Positions 63,524 to 64,000 of a DNA stretch of 64,000 nucleotides are shown here, piece by piece (positions within the stretch are counted from its first letter, which is position 1; the number at the start of each line of letters is the position of its first letter). The stretch is taken from positions 11,904,001-11,968,000 of the forward strand of contig JBHGNT010000020.1 of the NCBI GenBank assembly GCA_043228905.1, in the 5' to 3' direction. The notes under the pieces were generated by a model. The model ran no database searches and was not told the origin of the DNA. It saw nothing but the letters and a program-made list of their open reading frames with translations. The position numbers and the translations under genes are program-made. Source of the stretch: Azolla caroliniana (Eukaryota > Plantae > Polypodiophyta).

Positions 63524-64000
63524 CTATGGCTGTTGACATGGGAACCGGGCGGATTCAAGATTCTTAACTTGATCACAAAGACTCTTCACATATTGAATAG
63601 TTTCATCCAAAACTAACGAAGCATCCAAGAGAGATCCACCTGGTATCATTTTCCTTAGAGCTTTCATGGTTTTCTTGATCTTCTGTCTCCTATAGTCTTG
63701 CTTCAAAAGACTTGGTTTGCCATTAAAACTCTGTTTTCTTGCAATCATCACCTCATTTTTGTCGTCAATCATGAATTGTTTTGCATCGATCTCGTCTTCT
63801 TTTTCTTTCATCTTATCTGACGTGTTCTTCTGTACTTTTTCTTCATATATTCGTTCCCTCTCATTCTTACCCTTGTGTAATTCAGGTATCCTTCCTCTCT
63901 TATTTGCACCCTTTTGTACCTGTTCATCATCTATTCTTTCCCTCTTATTCGAACTCTTTTGTGTTTCTTCTTCTTCATCATCTTTATCTTCATTGCAGAT
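63524..64000 (-). CDS. bHLH transcription factor, SAC51/bHLH144-like (subfamily XIV); 3' part only
   Basis: C-terminal RRQKIKKTMKALRKMIPGGSLLDASLVLDETIQYVKSL is an atypical C-terminal bHLH. The frame stays open from 64000 to the stop at 63524, with an upstream acidic and basic tract. Confidence 0.8.
   Translation of the reverse strand: MCNEDKDDEEEETQKSSNKRERIDDEQVQKGANKRGRIPELHKGKNERERIYEEKVQKNTSDKMKEKEDEIDAKQFMIDDKNEVMIARKQSFNGKPSLLKQDYRRQKIKKTMKALRKMIPGGSLLDASLVLDETIQYVKSLCDQVKNLESARFPCQQP

Overview
Eukaryotic, TE-dense plant DNA. The lineage mix suggests a non-seed land plant (inference only). About 80% of 1-56.3 kb is nested retroelements. It holds a Ty1/Copia nest at 2-16.6 kb and several 5'-truncated L1-type LINEs. 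A ~26-kb nest at 27.4-53.7 kb is built on an old L1 and contains a Copia deletion derivative, solo LTRs, an old Gypsy and one apparently intact, very young GC-rich Gypsy with a tRNA-Trp PBS, 4-bp TSD and a -1 frameshift signal. Two RTE/RTEX-type RT elements flank this nest. Both lack an endonuclease, start at almost the same ORF position and are preceded by the same ~190-bp module of two convergent tRNA-like (A/B-box) heads set in CT microsatellites, which is the most unusual feature here. There is also a Mutator-type foldback MITE. The only host gene seen is the 3' part of a SAC51/bHLH144-like bHLH at the right edge (- strand). Coordinates were read by eye and may be off by a few bp. Percent identities are rough visual estimates.
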